A DNA stretch of 63,753 nt, the filler included, from Octopus bimaculoides (taxonomy: Eukaryota), in assembly GCF_001194135.2 (NCBI RefSeq). It is 5 parts of 4 records of this genome, joined end to end, with 100 filler letters (N's around TTAATTAATTAA, not from the genome) between each part and the next. Parts side by side here need not be neighbours in the genome. Positions count along the whole stretch, not along the records: positions 1 to 30,723 come from NC_069002.1; positions 30,824 to 58,508 come from NC_069002.1; 3 more parts are not named here. One strand, given 5' to 3'. This document shows positions 25,572-37,713 of the stretch, piece after piece; position 1 is the stretch's first letter; each line of letters starts with the position of its first letter. The notes below the pieces were generated by a model, which saw only the letters and a program-made list of their open reading frames with translations, made no database searches and was not told where the DNA came from. The translations under genes and the position numbers were made by a program.

Positions 25572-26858
25572 TATATATACATCAGTTATTCTCTCTTTTT
25601 TTCTGTGTATATTTGTCGTTGTTGTCGATGCCTTTAGCTTTTAAAAGTATTTCTGAAAGTGTGGTATGTAAATTTTGAATTAATGTTATTTAAACAGTTT
25701 ATCAATGGAAAATTACTGTACCAATAGAAACACTGTAAACAAATTCTTCATAAACAGTGAAACAACTTTGATTTAAATGTTGCAACTCCATGTTCAAATA
25801 CTGGCCAGGAGAAAGAGTAGTTGGTGCCCCACTCCCTCATCATTTCACTGGTTTCATGTGGGATTTTTGACTGGGACCTAGTAGAGTGTCACAGGCCCTC
25901 TCCTTTCACTCTTTGAACTTCTTCTCAACACTCTGGCTTCTCTTGGACTCTATGAACCCCTTATTTGCTCTCTGGCTCCCTCCTAAGTTCTCTGGGCCAC
26001 TCTTTGATTCTCTTTGAACTCCTTGGATTTCTTGGTACTTCCCTAGTTCTTTGATCGCTTCTTGACTCTGAGTCTCTCTTCAACTCACTAAGCCCTTCTT
26101 TGGTTCCCTGGTCCACATTGGCTCGCTTGGCCCGTCCTTGACTCTTCAAGTATCTCTTTGACTCTGCAGCTATCTTCTTGACTCTCCAGGTATCTCCTTG
26201 ACTCTGTGCTCCTTCTTAGTTCTCTACATCCTTCCTTGGCTGTAGGGGCTCCTCACTGGTTCTCTCGCTATAGTGCTCCAGCATGGTTGCAGTCCAGTGA
26301 CCAATACCTGTAAAAGGCGAAAGGAATATCAATTGTAAGAGAAACTAAGTTTTTCTTTGGCCCCTCCCTTGCTTTCAGCCCCAACCAGAATGCATACTGA
26401 TATTGTTGTTATTGTTGTTGACAATGTTGTTTTTGTTATCACTACCTCCACCACCACCACTACCACAGTTATCATCATCATCAACATTGATTATATAGCA
26501 CTAAATACCATTATTATAATAATTTTTATCATAGTTATTAAATACAAGTGACAAATGATTATTATTATTATTATTATTATTATTATCATTAATAAGGCAA
26601 TGAACTGGCAGAATTGTTAGCATGTCGTGCAAAAAGCTTAGTGGTATTTCATGTATCTTCCTGTTCTCAATTCAAATTCCATCAAGGTCAGTTTTGCCTT
26701 TCATCCGCTCAGGGTCAATAAAATTAGTACCAGTTGCAAACTGGAGTCGATGTAATTGACTATCCCCCTCTCCCAAATTTCAGGCCTTGTGCCCAAAGTA
26801 GAAAGGATTATTATTATTATTAGTAGTAATAATTATTATTATTATTATTATTATTATT

Positions 26859-27415
26859 GAGTGAGAGAGCAGTGCATGCCATCAAAGTGACACTGAGGTA
26901 AAATATACGAAGCCCAGTATACCCATCATGACTACCCATCTGATAAGGGTACACCAGGCACGTGCATCACAACCATATGTGCTCGACATGGTGAGCTCAT
27001 ATCAAGATAAACAGCGCATAACCTTGCAGATGGGGCCCAGTTAGAATTTTCTTCAGGTCAAGTAGCTCATTCTGCTCAAAAGTTTCCTGAATAAGGATTG
27101 TTTAAGAATTTTGAACGAAACACCCATGTTTCCAAAGGTGAATTATTCAAACCCCAAAGAATTCCTCTCAACACATGGCTATGATGCTCCCCCAATACTT
27201 CTGCTCATGATCAGAGATGCACATATCGTCAGCCACTAAGGGACAAGATCAACTGGTTTAGTTCAAACAACTGACAAGCAAATCTGTAGTATTGAGCAGA
27301 ATATTTGCTCTAGCCCATCTTTTATACCAAGACAAAACAAAGTACATGATAACACATCCAATCAGTTAAGATGAGAAACCACGAGAGCCACTGCCTGATA
27401 CTGCATTTGGGCATT
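26859..27415 (-). mobile_element. Second copy of the about 530-bp TAA-flanked repeat
   Basis: Matches 14504-15030; (ATT)n on both sides. Confidence 0.75.
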
Positions 27416-27419
27416 TATC

Positions 27420-27469
<50 letters not shown>

Positions 27470-27473
27470 CAGT

Positions 27474-27842
27474 GGAGGCGCAATGGCCCAGTGGTTAGGG
27501 CAGCGGACTCGCGGTCATAGGATCGCGGTTTCGATTCCCAGACTGGGCGTTGTGAGTGTTTATTGAGCGAAAACACCTAAAGCTCCACGAGGCTCCGGCA
27601 GGAGATAGTGGCGAACCCTGCTGTACTCTTTCACCACAACTTTCTCTCACTCTTACTTCCTATTTCTGTTGTACCTGTAATTCAAAGGGTCAGCCTTGTC
27701 ACACTGTCACGCTGAATATCCCTAAGATCTATGTTAAGGGTACACGTGTATGTGGAATGCTCAGCCACTTGGATTTTAATTTCACGAGCAGGCTGTTCGG
27801 ATCAACTGGAACCCTCGTCGTCGTAAACGACGGAGTGCCAGT
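27474..27842 (+). mobile_element. Full-length tRNA-derived SINE with Pol III A and B boxes
   Basis: A-box TGGCCCAGTGG at 27484-27494 and B-box GGTTTCGATTCC at 27527-27538, followed by about 300 bp of body. The body recurs at 55730-56026(-) and, degraded, at about 30110-30240. Confidence 0.8.
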
Positions 27843-28071
27843 GCCAGTCAGTCATTATCATCATCAAGGTGGTAAACTAGCAGATTACTGGGCAAAATGC
27901 TTTACAATTTTTCACTTGTCTTTACATCCTGAATTTATATTCTGTCGAGGTCAACTTTCCCTTTTGTCCGTTCAGGGTCAATAAAATAAAGTACCAGTTG
28001 AGCACAGGGGTCGAGATAATCGACTTAACCCCTCCCCCAAAATTTCAGGCCTTGTGCCTGTAATAGAAAGG

Positions 28072-28142
<71 letters not shown>

Positions 28143-28146
28143 CATT

Positions 28147-28630
28147 ATTGCCTTTGCACAGCTTCTAGTGCTGGAGATGTACTTCAGTGTCAGCTGTTCA
28201 CTACCAGAGTATTCGAGCAGTTCCAAACAGTGCTGTTTTCTGCAAATGCTCCACCCTTATTGCAGCCCCTATTTGTTCCATGTACTTCTTCAGATTTTTG
28301 TTCACTGTTCCCAGGGCTCCAACAATTATTGGTACTATTACCACCTTTTTCATCGACCACAACTGCTTTACTTCCCAAGCTAACCTGTCATACCTATCGC
28401 CTTTTCTTTCTTCCTTATTGCATACCTTGTTGTCACTGGGTATGCTATATCCATAATCCAGCATAGTTTGTTTTCTTTCTCAATTAAGACTATGTCTGAC
28501 TTCCTATTCTCAATCTCATGGTCACACTGAATCATAAAATCCCATAGGATCTTTGCATTTCTATTTTCAACAATGCCTTCAGGTTTGTTTTGTCCACAGA
28601 TTCTGTACTTATCACTTTCTGCTATGTTGT
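28147..28630 (-). mobile_element. R4/Dong-like retrotransposon 3' fragment (RLE domain and C-terminus)
   Basis: ...DIAYPSDNKVCNKEERKGDRYDRLAWEVKQLWSMKKVVIVPIIVGALG...LQKTALFGTARIL; its 3' end runs into (TAA)n. Confidence 0.8.
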
Positions 28631-28652
28631 CTATTCTGTATTTTATGTAGTT

Positions 28653-28805
28653 TCTTCTTCTTCTTCTTCTTCTTCTTCTTCTTCTTCTTCTTCTTCTTCT
28701 TCTTCTTCTTCTTCTTCTTCTTCTTCTTCTTCTTCTTCTTCTTCTTCTTCTTCTTCTTCTTCTTCTTCTTCTTCTTCTTCTTCTTCTTCTTCTTCTTCTT
28801 CTTCT
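28653..28805. repeat. Pure (CTT)n/(GAA)n microsatellite, about 50 units
   Basis: Uninterrupted ttc repeats. Confidence 0.95.
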
Positions 28806-30375
28806 ATTTATTTGACAACTTTCCCAATATTTCGGAAAATTATATTTTATTTTCTGTCAACTTATATTTCAGAAGCAAAATAAAAATGAAACACCCTAAA
28901 ATAAAACAATTGAAAAAATTCATTTAAAATATCTGCCGGGACGGAAGAAAAAAAAATTAAATAAATCAATTGAAAACATAATTAGGTAAAGGGAAGAAGT
29001 TTTAGTTTTTTACTTTATGTTATTTTAGTTTATTTTACTGCAAATGATTAACAATAAAGAATTTAAAAATTAGATCCAAGAAAACCTAAATAAGAATAAC
29101 AATAATAATCACAATAATAATTATAACAGCATGAACAGTATTACCGGCATAATGCCTCTCCCAAGGTTTAATTGTACAGTAATAATAGTTTTTGGCATAA
29201 TGATGTTGTTGTTGATGATGATGATGATGATGATGATAACTTGGTTTTTCATTGAATATTACACCAGGGAAATTATATATTTATTTATTTAATATACAAA
29301 TACTGTTTTACTTTTCTGTTTGTATTTTTTATTCTTCCTTTGTAAAAGTATGAACCTCCTTGCTTTGTTGTATAAAAATTATTAAATAACAGAGAATGGA
29401 ATAAGCAGAGCAAGAGCACACACAAAGATGGAAAGTGTTGCTGAAGAGGTCACAGATGTGTGATGAAAGATTTCCAGACGATGGACATGAGTTAGAATAA
29501 GAACAGTAATAATGAGTGAAGAATGAATATATAGTGTGTGAGTTTATTTAGCAAAAAAAAAAAGAAAAATAAACAAAAAAACCGACCATCTTTTAATAGA
29601 ACAATAATTATTAAATAATTTTAATTTATTATCTATTTAAAAAAAATTTACTGTGCTGCTCTTAACACATGATGGCAGGAAGCTAACGACAGATTTTTAC
29701 AACATGAAGCACTCTGGAAACACATCATCAGCATCATCGTTGTTGTCCTTGTTATCGACTATAGCAGCATTATCATCATCACTGTCATCATCATCATCAT
29801 CATCTGTTCATCTGTACTCTATGTACCGTTTTAACCATCAAACTTGTAACATGGAATTATCTGTGGAATAACAGAAATTTTCTTCTCGGATATCTGTTCT
29901 GGAGTTTAATAGAATGTAGGGATTTCGAAGTCTATGACCAGCCAAAGCCTTTGTGAGTGAATTTGTCTTCAATCTCCTGTGGAAACATGTCTGGCCATAG
30001 GAAAATATTAACCTTCCTGGAAAACAGATGAGGATTGGTGTCATGAAGGGTATCAAGCTGTAGAAAACCTGCATCAGTATCCGATCAATGGAATAGCCTA
30101 CTTATGAGATTAATGTGCAAGTGGCTGAATGCTCCACAGATACACAAACTCTCAGGGAGATTCAGTGTTAGACTGAATGCAACAAAGCTAACCCTTTCAA
30201 ATTCATGTGCAACTCATTTTTGCCAGCTGAGTAGAATGGAGCAGCATGAAATGAAGTCTCTTGTTTAAGGATACAAAGCGTTACTGGGAATTGAACTCAT
30301 GACCTAATGACCTTGAGCCAAATACTCTAACCACTAATCCATATGACTTCACCTGCACCATGATAGTGGACATTA

Positions 30376-30428
<53 letters not shown>

Positions 30429-30438
30429 NNNNNNNNNN

Positions 30439-30484
<46 letters not shown>

Positions 30485-30723
30485 GATTGGGAAGTTAATA
30501 ATCGGTTATTATTAACAGCAAATTAATCATCTTCACTTACAGCTGTTTCAATTAATACTCCGTAAACATTAAGTAAATATTAAATTTGTATTTATATGAC
30601 CTGAGCATAATATCTTCTGAGGGTAAAAAATAATATACTCTTTGATGTTTTATATGTGTTTATGGATTCATTATAGCAGACTGAATGATATGGTTTATGA
30701 TTTGTATTTTATGTTTGGGCAAG

Positions 30724-30823
30724 NNNNNNNNNNNNNNNNNNNNNNNNNNNNNNNNNNNNNNNNNNNNTTAATTAATTAANNNNNNNNNNNNNNNNNNNNN
30801 NNNNNNNNNNNNNNNNNNNNNNN
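30724..30823. other. Artificial scaffold spacer (44 N + TTAATTAATTAA + 44 N)
   Basis: Identical 100-bp layout at 58509-58608, 60785-60884 and 62225-62324. Confidence 0.95.
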
Positions 30824-30824
30824 A

Positions 30825-32363
30825 GAAACCTCTGCTTGTGTCTTGTTACTACTTTTAAACACCCTTACCTACTAGGCCACCAAAGCAGCAACAATTTTTA
30901 TGAGAAAATTAAGATACTTAAATTTACTACAAATATTGTATTTACTATAAATGTATGAGGGTGATCTGGTTACTATGTGAAGGCTACCTTGTGACCCCTT
31001 CTTTGCATACACACAATATTTTTGGTGAGTGAAATTTGGTTGCTTAAATAAAAGTATTTAATAATGTCTTTTGTAATTTCTGGTAGAGATTTGAAACCTC
31101 CACTTCTAAACATCCTGACCTGTTAGGCCACCAAAGCAACAACAATTCTACTGCGAAAATGAAGATATTTAAGTTTATTTCAATTATTGGGCTTACTACA
31201 AGGAGTTGAATGAGATTTGGTTACTATGTCAAGGCTCTTTTATGACTCCCTTCTTCACACACACTCTTTTTGTTGATGAAAATTTGGTTGCTTAGATAAA
31301 AATATTCAATTTCTGACAGAGATTTGAAACCTCCACTAGAGTACTTTGTTATTATTTCTAAACACCCTTACCTATTGGGCCATCAAAGCAATAACAGTTT
31401 TCATAAGAAAATTAAGATATTTAAATTTATTTCAATTATTGGGTTTACTATAAAGATTTGGGGGAGATTTGGTTACTATGTCAAAGCTGCTTTGTGGCCC
31501 CTTCTTCACACAGACAATCTTTTTGCTGAGAGAAAGTTGGTTGCATAAATAAAAATGTTTTTTAATAAGAACCTTTGTAATTCCTGGAAGAGATTCGAAA
31601 CCTCCACTTGTTATATTACCACTTTGCAATACCCATACCTTCTGAGTTACCAAATCATCAATAATTTTAATAAGATCAAGATATCTAAATTTATTTCAAT
31701 TAATGGAATTACCATAAAGATATGATGACAATTTGATTACTCTATGACGGCTGCCTTGTGGCCACTTCTTCACACACAATCTTTTTGTTCAGGGTAATTT
31801 GGTTGCTTAAATGAAAATATTTAATGAGACCCCATGCAGTTCCTGGCAGAGACCTGAAACTCTACTGGTGTGTTCAGTTACTACTTCTAAGCACACTTAC
31901 CTACTGGACAATCAAAGAAGTAACAACTTTAAAGAGATAATTACAATATTTAAATTTATTTCAATTATTGGGTTTACTATAAAAATTTTGAGGGAGATTT
32001 GGTTACTATATCAAGGCTGCTTTGTAGCCCCTTCTTCACACATAGACACACACTCACACACAATCTTTTTGTCGAGGGAAAACTGGTTGCTTAAAAAAAT
32101 ATTTAATAAGGTCCCTTGTAATTCCTGGCAGAAATTTGAAGCTTCCACTTCTGATCACCCTTACCTACTGGGTCATGAAAGCAGCAACATCTTAATGAGA
32201 AAATTAAGATATTGAAATCTATTTCAATCATTAGGCTTACTATAAAGATTTGAAGGAGATTTGGTTATTATGTGAAGGCTGCTTTGTGACCCCTTCTTCA
32301 CACACACACACACATGCATGCATGCACAACCATCCCGTTAAGGGAAATTTGGTTGCTTAAATA
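30825..32363. repeat. Diverged tandem array of six units of about 230-280 bp
   Basis: The anchor motif gaaacctc.../ggttgcttaaat recurs at about 30825, 31093, 31326, 31597, 31856, 32138. Confidence 0.85.
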
Positions 32364-32389
32364 AATATATATATATATATATATATATA

Positions 32390-32608
32390 CAATTGCAGCA
32401 TGGAGGGTGTTTGTAGGCCAGTTGAAGGCACACGGGGACCGTTGGATTCACTTCAGCATTTAAATTGCAGCCCAGAATTTTGCCAGTGAACAGGTCACGG
32501 TCTCAAAGTGATGAAAAATATTTTGGCAAACTAAATTTAAATGTTGGAGAGTCTAACGGTTTTTGTGTGTTTTTGAATGGCTTATAGTCACCTTCCATGC
32601 TGCAATTG
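32390..32608. mobile_element. Second, shorter copy of the CAATTG-ended MITE
   Basis: TIRs similar to 4560-4845; directly follows (TA)n. Confidence 0.7.
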
Positions 32609-32679
32609 TTTATCATAATATATTATTATAGTGTGTGTGCGTGTGCGTGTGCGCGTGCGCGGGTGCGTGTGTGTGTGTG

Positions 32680-33252
32680 TCAAAATCGAACCGAATCCGA
32701 CAACTGGCACCCATGCCAACCTCTCCTTCATTGGACACTAAATTCTGCTTGCGAAGGCTTGTTGGGGCAAGTGAAATCGTGATTGAACCATACTCAATGA
32801 CTGGCACCGCGCCAGTGGAGCACTAACAGCACTGTCTGAGTGTGTTCATTGCCAGAGCAGCTGTCTGGCTTCCGTGCTAGTGGCCCGTAAATAGCACCAT
32901 TTGAGTGTAATCGTTACCAGCGTTGCCTTGTAGCACTTGTGCTGGTGACACGTTAGAAAATCATTCGAGCGAGGTCATTGCCAGTGCCGCTGGACTGGCT
33001 CCCGTGCAGGTGACACATAAAAATCACTTTCTGAGCATGGCCGTTGCCAGTACCATGTGACTGGCCCTCGTGCCGGTGGCACGTAAAAGCACCCACTACA
33101 CTCTCGGAGAGGTTGACGTTAGGAAGGGCATCCAGCTGTAGAAACTCTGCCAGATCAGATTGGAGCCTGGTGCAGCCATCAGGCTTGCCAGTTCTCAGTC
33201 AAATCGTCCAACCCATACTAGCATGGAAAGCCAACTTTAAACGATGATGATG

Positions 33253-33260
<8 letters not shown>
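32680..33260 (+). mobile_element. Repeat family C ending in (GAT)n (RTE-type 3' tail or SINE), representative copy
   Basis: ggcgttaggaagggcatccagctgtagaaac...gttaaacgatgatgat recurs at about 17890-18130, 20290-20420, 21840-22020, 43400-43700, 44200-44450, 49428-49565. Confidence 0.65.
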
Positions 33261-33290
<30 letters not shown>

Positions 33291-34396
33291 AGAAAGCCTT
33301 GTGAGTAGGTGTTGGTGTGTTTATGTCCCTGTAACTTAGCAGTTCAGCAAAAGGGACCAATAGAATAAGTACCAGGCTTAAAAAAAGAATATTGGGGTTG
33401 ATACATTCAACTATTAATTCTTCAAGGCAGTGCCCCAGCATGACCACAGTCTAATGACTGAAATTACCAAGAGGCAAACGATCGGACATCGCATAGCTTC
33501 AAGATTTGGATGTTGTAACTGTTTTTATTTTTAGAAAGACATTGAAGGGTGGATGCTAGATCTGATTGAACATAAAACAGGTAGAATCTTTTGGGTAGTT
33601 TAAATACTGAAATGTTAACATGTCGTAACTGCAGCAAAAGACTCAGTTACACTGTAAAAGTCAAAGAGAAAATGCTTGAGATACACTGGAGAAGTGGGTA
33701 GGTATATAATGTCCCGGATGCTCTATAAAATTCAAAATCTATATCCATTGGCCACATGGTAAGAAGCTCACTTCCTAACCACGTGGTTCCAGGTTCAGTC
33801 TCACTGTGTGGCACCTTGGACAAGTGTCTTCTACTATAGCCTCAAACCAACCAATGCGTGTGTGCACGCATTCGTCACACACCATTTCTTGTCAATCAGT
33901 GTTGGTGTGTTTATAGCCTCGTAACCTAATGGTCTGGCAAAAGCGTACAAGGCTTAAAAAATAAGTCCTGGGGTCGATTTGTGTGACTAAAATCCTTCAA
34001 GGCGGTGCCCCATCAAGGTCACAGTCAAATGACTGAAACGAGCGAAAAATAAAAGATAAAAGAGCGTTAAATAAATATGAAATAAAACAGCTTTTGAACA
34101 TGAAATATCTTCCTTCATTTTATGTTGCAATTAATGGAAAGTCTTGCATAAATTACACAGTTTTTATTTTGCACCATGTGTGTGTGCATGTATGTAGATG
34201 ATATCTAAATTATTCCTAATGATAAACAAAACCATTCTAAGACATAACTCAGCAATGAACTTCAAAGAATGGAGAAAAAAAAATTCTTTAAAACACTTAG
34301 AAATTAAACAATAGGAAATATGTGGTGACCATTGTTCATTCAGTACACATTATATATTTGGATTTGCACATTTAAACACACATACACACACATGTA

Positions 34397-34433
<37 letters not shown>

Positions 34434-34443
34434 NNNNNNNNNN

Positions 34444-34486
<43 letters not shown>

Positions 34487-34595
34487 CATACAAGTACACA
34501 AGTATACATGCATACATGTACATATATAAATATACACACACACATACACAAATATATACATACATAAAAAAACACATATGTACACACATATTTAT

Positions 34596-34630
<35 letters not shown>

Positions 34631-34717
34631 CACGCACACACATCTACATACATATCAATACATGTACATACAATGCACGTATATTCAGACAATATTTATT
34701 GAGGATTTTCCTTTTCA

Positions 34718-34844
34718 TTAAGTATTTCCATAAGTCCCTCTCGGTGCCCTGTACAACCTGGGTATTGAAAGCATCTGTAAGGAGTTGAAATTGTACTTTC
34801 GCACACCGACGTTCTTCAGAGTGTTTTCCCGCCGTGTTCCTTCA
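34718..34844 (-). CDS. INPP4: INPP4 terminal coding exon
   Basis: ctcag acceptor; (S)[44 protein letters not shown] resembles the vertebrate INPP4 alpha C-terminus (SEGxRxEN..KN...KYAFN.LQL..FPK.YRPPEGTYGK). 127 nt; phase matches the upstream exon. Confidence 0.95.
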
Positions 34845-35907
34845 CTGAGGATCAGAAAGAAATGAAAACATTAAGTAAATAAAAAATAAAAAAAGAATAG
34901 AGATTTAGATGACTGGGGAGGGGAGGGGTAAAAATGTGTCCAATCAATTTACATTTGGCAACAAAAAGGAACACATCTCACACAGACATGCTTCTCCAGC
35001 CTCATCTTTTGTTTCCCTAAACAGTCCATGCACACTGAACACTAACCATTCTGCATTCACCATGGGGTCTTCATCCATGGCAGCATTACTAGCTCCATTA
35101 AATTTAATACATCTACTCATTGTCGTCAGTAGCGGAACTAGTTTTATCCTATATCCAAGAATTTAATTTCTTCTTTGCTTCCCTTATTCCTTTACGGTGA
35201 TGCCGTCGATGACTCTGCAGACCAATTCTGGCAGAGAAGAGTCAATGGCACCAACATTGGTTAGTGGAGGACGAGGTTGATGTTGTTGAACCTTTCTTCC
35301 CTGTCATTTGATTTCTTTCTTTTCTCTGTTGATGGTTTTGAAGTTTTGGGCTCCAACAGTGATGGAACACTAGACTTGGTACAATCTTGGGGCTTGTGTT
35401 TCAAATGATTTAGACTCAAGTCCAGTGGCTTTCCATTGTTGTTTTGAGTTGGGCCTTGTAAGTTCGAAGAGGGCAACGCCATGGCCTCTTCTCTGTGAGT
35501 AAGACTTGGCATGGGAACTTTGACGCTTCCATTCTCGCTACATGTCCTGGCCATCAAAGATGGTGCTTCATGGTCAGCAATCCAGTGCTTTGATTGGCTA
35601 AACTCTCAATAATGTGGGCAGACAGGCAGGCTGGAAGACAGGCACACATAAATACACCCCTATAAGCCACACTTACACATAGAACCTCACCAGAATACAC
35701 CAAAACCAACCACACACACACACACACACACACACATACATTACACCAAACTACTGCAGACTACACCACAACAGCAGACATTGCAGCACAACACACCACA
35801 CTACAGCACGTACAGCCCACCACATCAAACCACTCACAAACACTCACCCAGCCATGTCTTTAAATAAACGCATACTTTCATGTAGATGACTATTATTTTC
35901 AACTGAC

Positions 35908-36062
35908 CTTCGGAAGCAGTCCAAAGCCTGCATAAACACATGAGGAGCAAGGTTGTGTTCCCGTTGGAGGAGTTGAACCTGTTCCAGGGTGGCCGACATG
36001 CTGGTCCGATCTTTACCACTCTTACAGCAAATGAAGCGCACTCCGTTTAATTTGCGAGTAAT
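35908..36062 (-). CDS. INPP4: INPP4 catalytic exon (CX5R motif)
   Basis: ttattcag acceptor, GTCAG donor; [51 protein letters not shown]; 155 nt. Confidence 0.97.
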
Positions 36063-37597
36063 CTGAATAAAAGACAAAAATTAAGTGCAGAGGTCAAAGG
36101 GTGCAAGAGGTCACATTAGGAGGTGGGGTAGAAGTTGATGCTGCTGTTGTCATTTAGCCCCAGGTCAACCCACATTGAGCAACCTTTTGATCAAAAGTAT
36201 CCCTGCCATCACTGTTCGGTCTCTTCTCTACTCAGAATTACATGATGCAATGTCTCTTTCTTTTTTGTTTTCTTTGCAAGAGAGTAGGCTGTGATTTTGG
36301 ATGATTTTGCTGCTATTTCTAGCAGACTGGATGACCACATAGAGGTTTCCTCAAATTAGGTTGTTTTTTTTTTAACACACACAAAACAAACTAGAATTTC
36401 CATGTGGTTGGACAAGAGAAAAATAGCCGACTAATCTCCTTCCAAATCACAGTCACACGTCTTAAATTAAATAATATATTGCACAATGTAGTCCGTGATA
36501 ATATATATAATGAAATGGAGGCCACATCTGGAGCTCCTATAATTATCATGGGCCTGCCTGATCAGGTTTGACATGGAGCTAAGCAACAACAATAGTTACT
36601 ACTACTACTACTACCACCACCACCACCACCATTACTACTACTACTGCTACTAGTATTACTGTGTCTATGTGTGTGTATGTGCATGTGTGTATAGATATGT
36701 ATCCATGTGTATTAGTGTTTTGTATATATATCTCCTACATTTCTATATTTGTATTCATGTATGTGAACGCATGTGTGTGTCCGTGTCCATATCTGTGTGT
36801 GTGTGTGTGTGTGTGAATTAGAGTATTATGTGTGTGTATGTGTGTGTGTGCCTGAGTATACGTGTGTCTAAGTGTACATGCATGTTATTTTCTTCTCCTT
36901 TAGCCTTCAGTATCTTAAGGTCAGTTGCTTGGTTTCCATGGTGAATAAGTGAATGAGATCTGAGACCACGACATCTCCTATTCCATCTGAACCGGACACC
37001 AATCAATCACCAGGTTCTAAGGCCAACTATATTGAAGGGTGGGGACGAGTCAATTACATTGACCCCAGTACTTGACTGGTAATTCATTTTATTGACCCCT
37101 AAAGGGATTAAAAGAAAAGTTGATCACAGCAGGATTTGAACTCAGAACATAAACAACCAGAAGAAATACCACTAAGCATTTTCCCTGACATACAATGGTT
37201 CTGCCAGCTCACCACCTTATCTAGAAGCATGTGTACCTGTACATGTATGTTCTCTGATTCTTTAGTCTCGAATACTTCAGTTCTTTAACCCTTCAGCATT
37301 TTACCCGACAATATCTGGCCAAAATATTCTACCTGTTTTATGTTCAAACTGGCCATATCTGGCCTCTCACACCAACCCTACAATGGCATTCTAAAACATA
37401 AACAGTTGTCTCTTCAAAATCTCACAGTTACAAGATAATGCATCATGAAGTCAAAACAATCTGAACAAATAAGATTACTTTTGACAGAATAATCTCAAAG
37501 CTAAAGGATTAACTATCACAGCTAAGCCCTTCAATGCATGGTAAATAAATATGCTAGTCTTAAACCATGGAAATCTGCCATGATGAAGATGACTCAC

Positions 37598-37713
37598 CTC
37601 GGAAGAAATATGTAAGATGTCCACATTCTTACTCTTCTTTGACAACACATTGTACTGTAACTGCCGGATCAGTTCTGTTGTTCTGCCAGCCACTGTACCA
37701 CTCAGATCACTGT
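37598..37713 (-). CDS. INPP4: INPP4 exon
   Basis: taaag acceptor, GTGAGT donor; (D)SDLSGTVAGRTTELIRQLQYNVLSKKSKNVDILHISSE, with the conserved KxKNVDIL; 116 nt. Confidence 0.93.

Noticed and set aside
27474-27550. Functional tRNA gene
   Set aside because: A and B boxes are present, but the acceptor and anticodon stems do not pair well and the sequence runs into a repeated SINE body.
35606-35626. Selenocysteine reading of CPHY-TGA as a thioredoxin-like motif
   Set aside because: The spacing is CxxxU, not CxxU, and I could not identify a SECIS element downstream by eye.
35995-36030. Horizontal transfer from bacterial SopB/IpgD
   Set aside because: The motif lies in a 13-exon gene whose other exons match eukaryotic INPP4; a single residue is not evidence of transfer.
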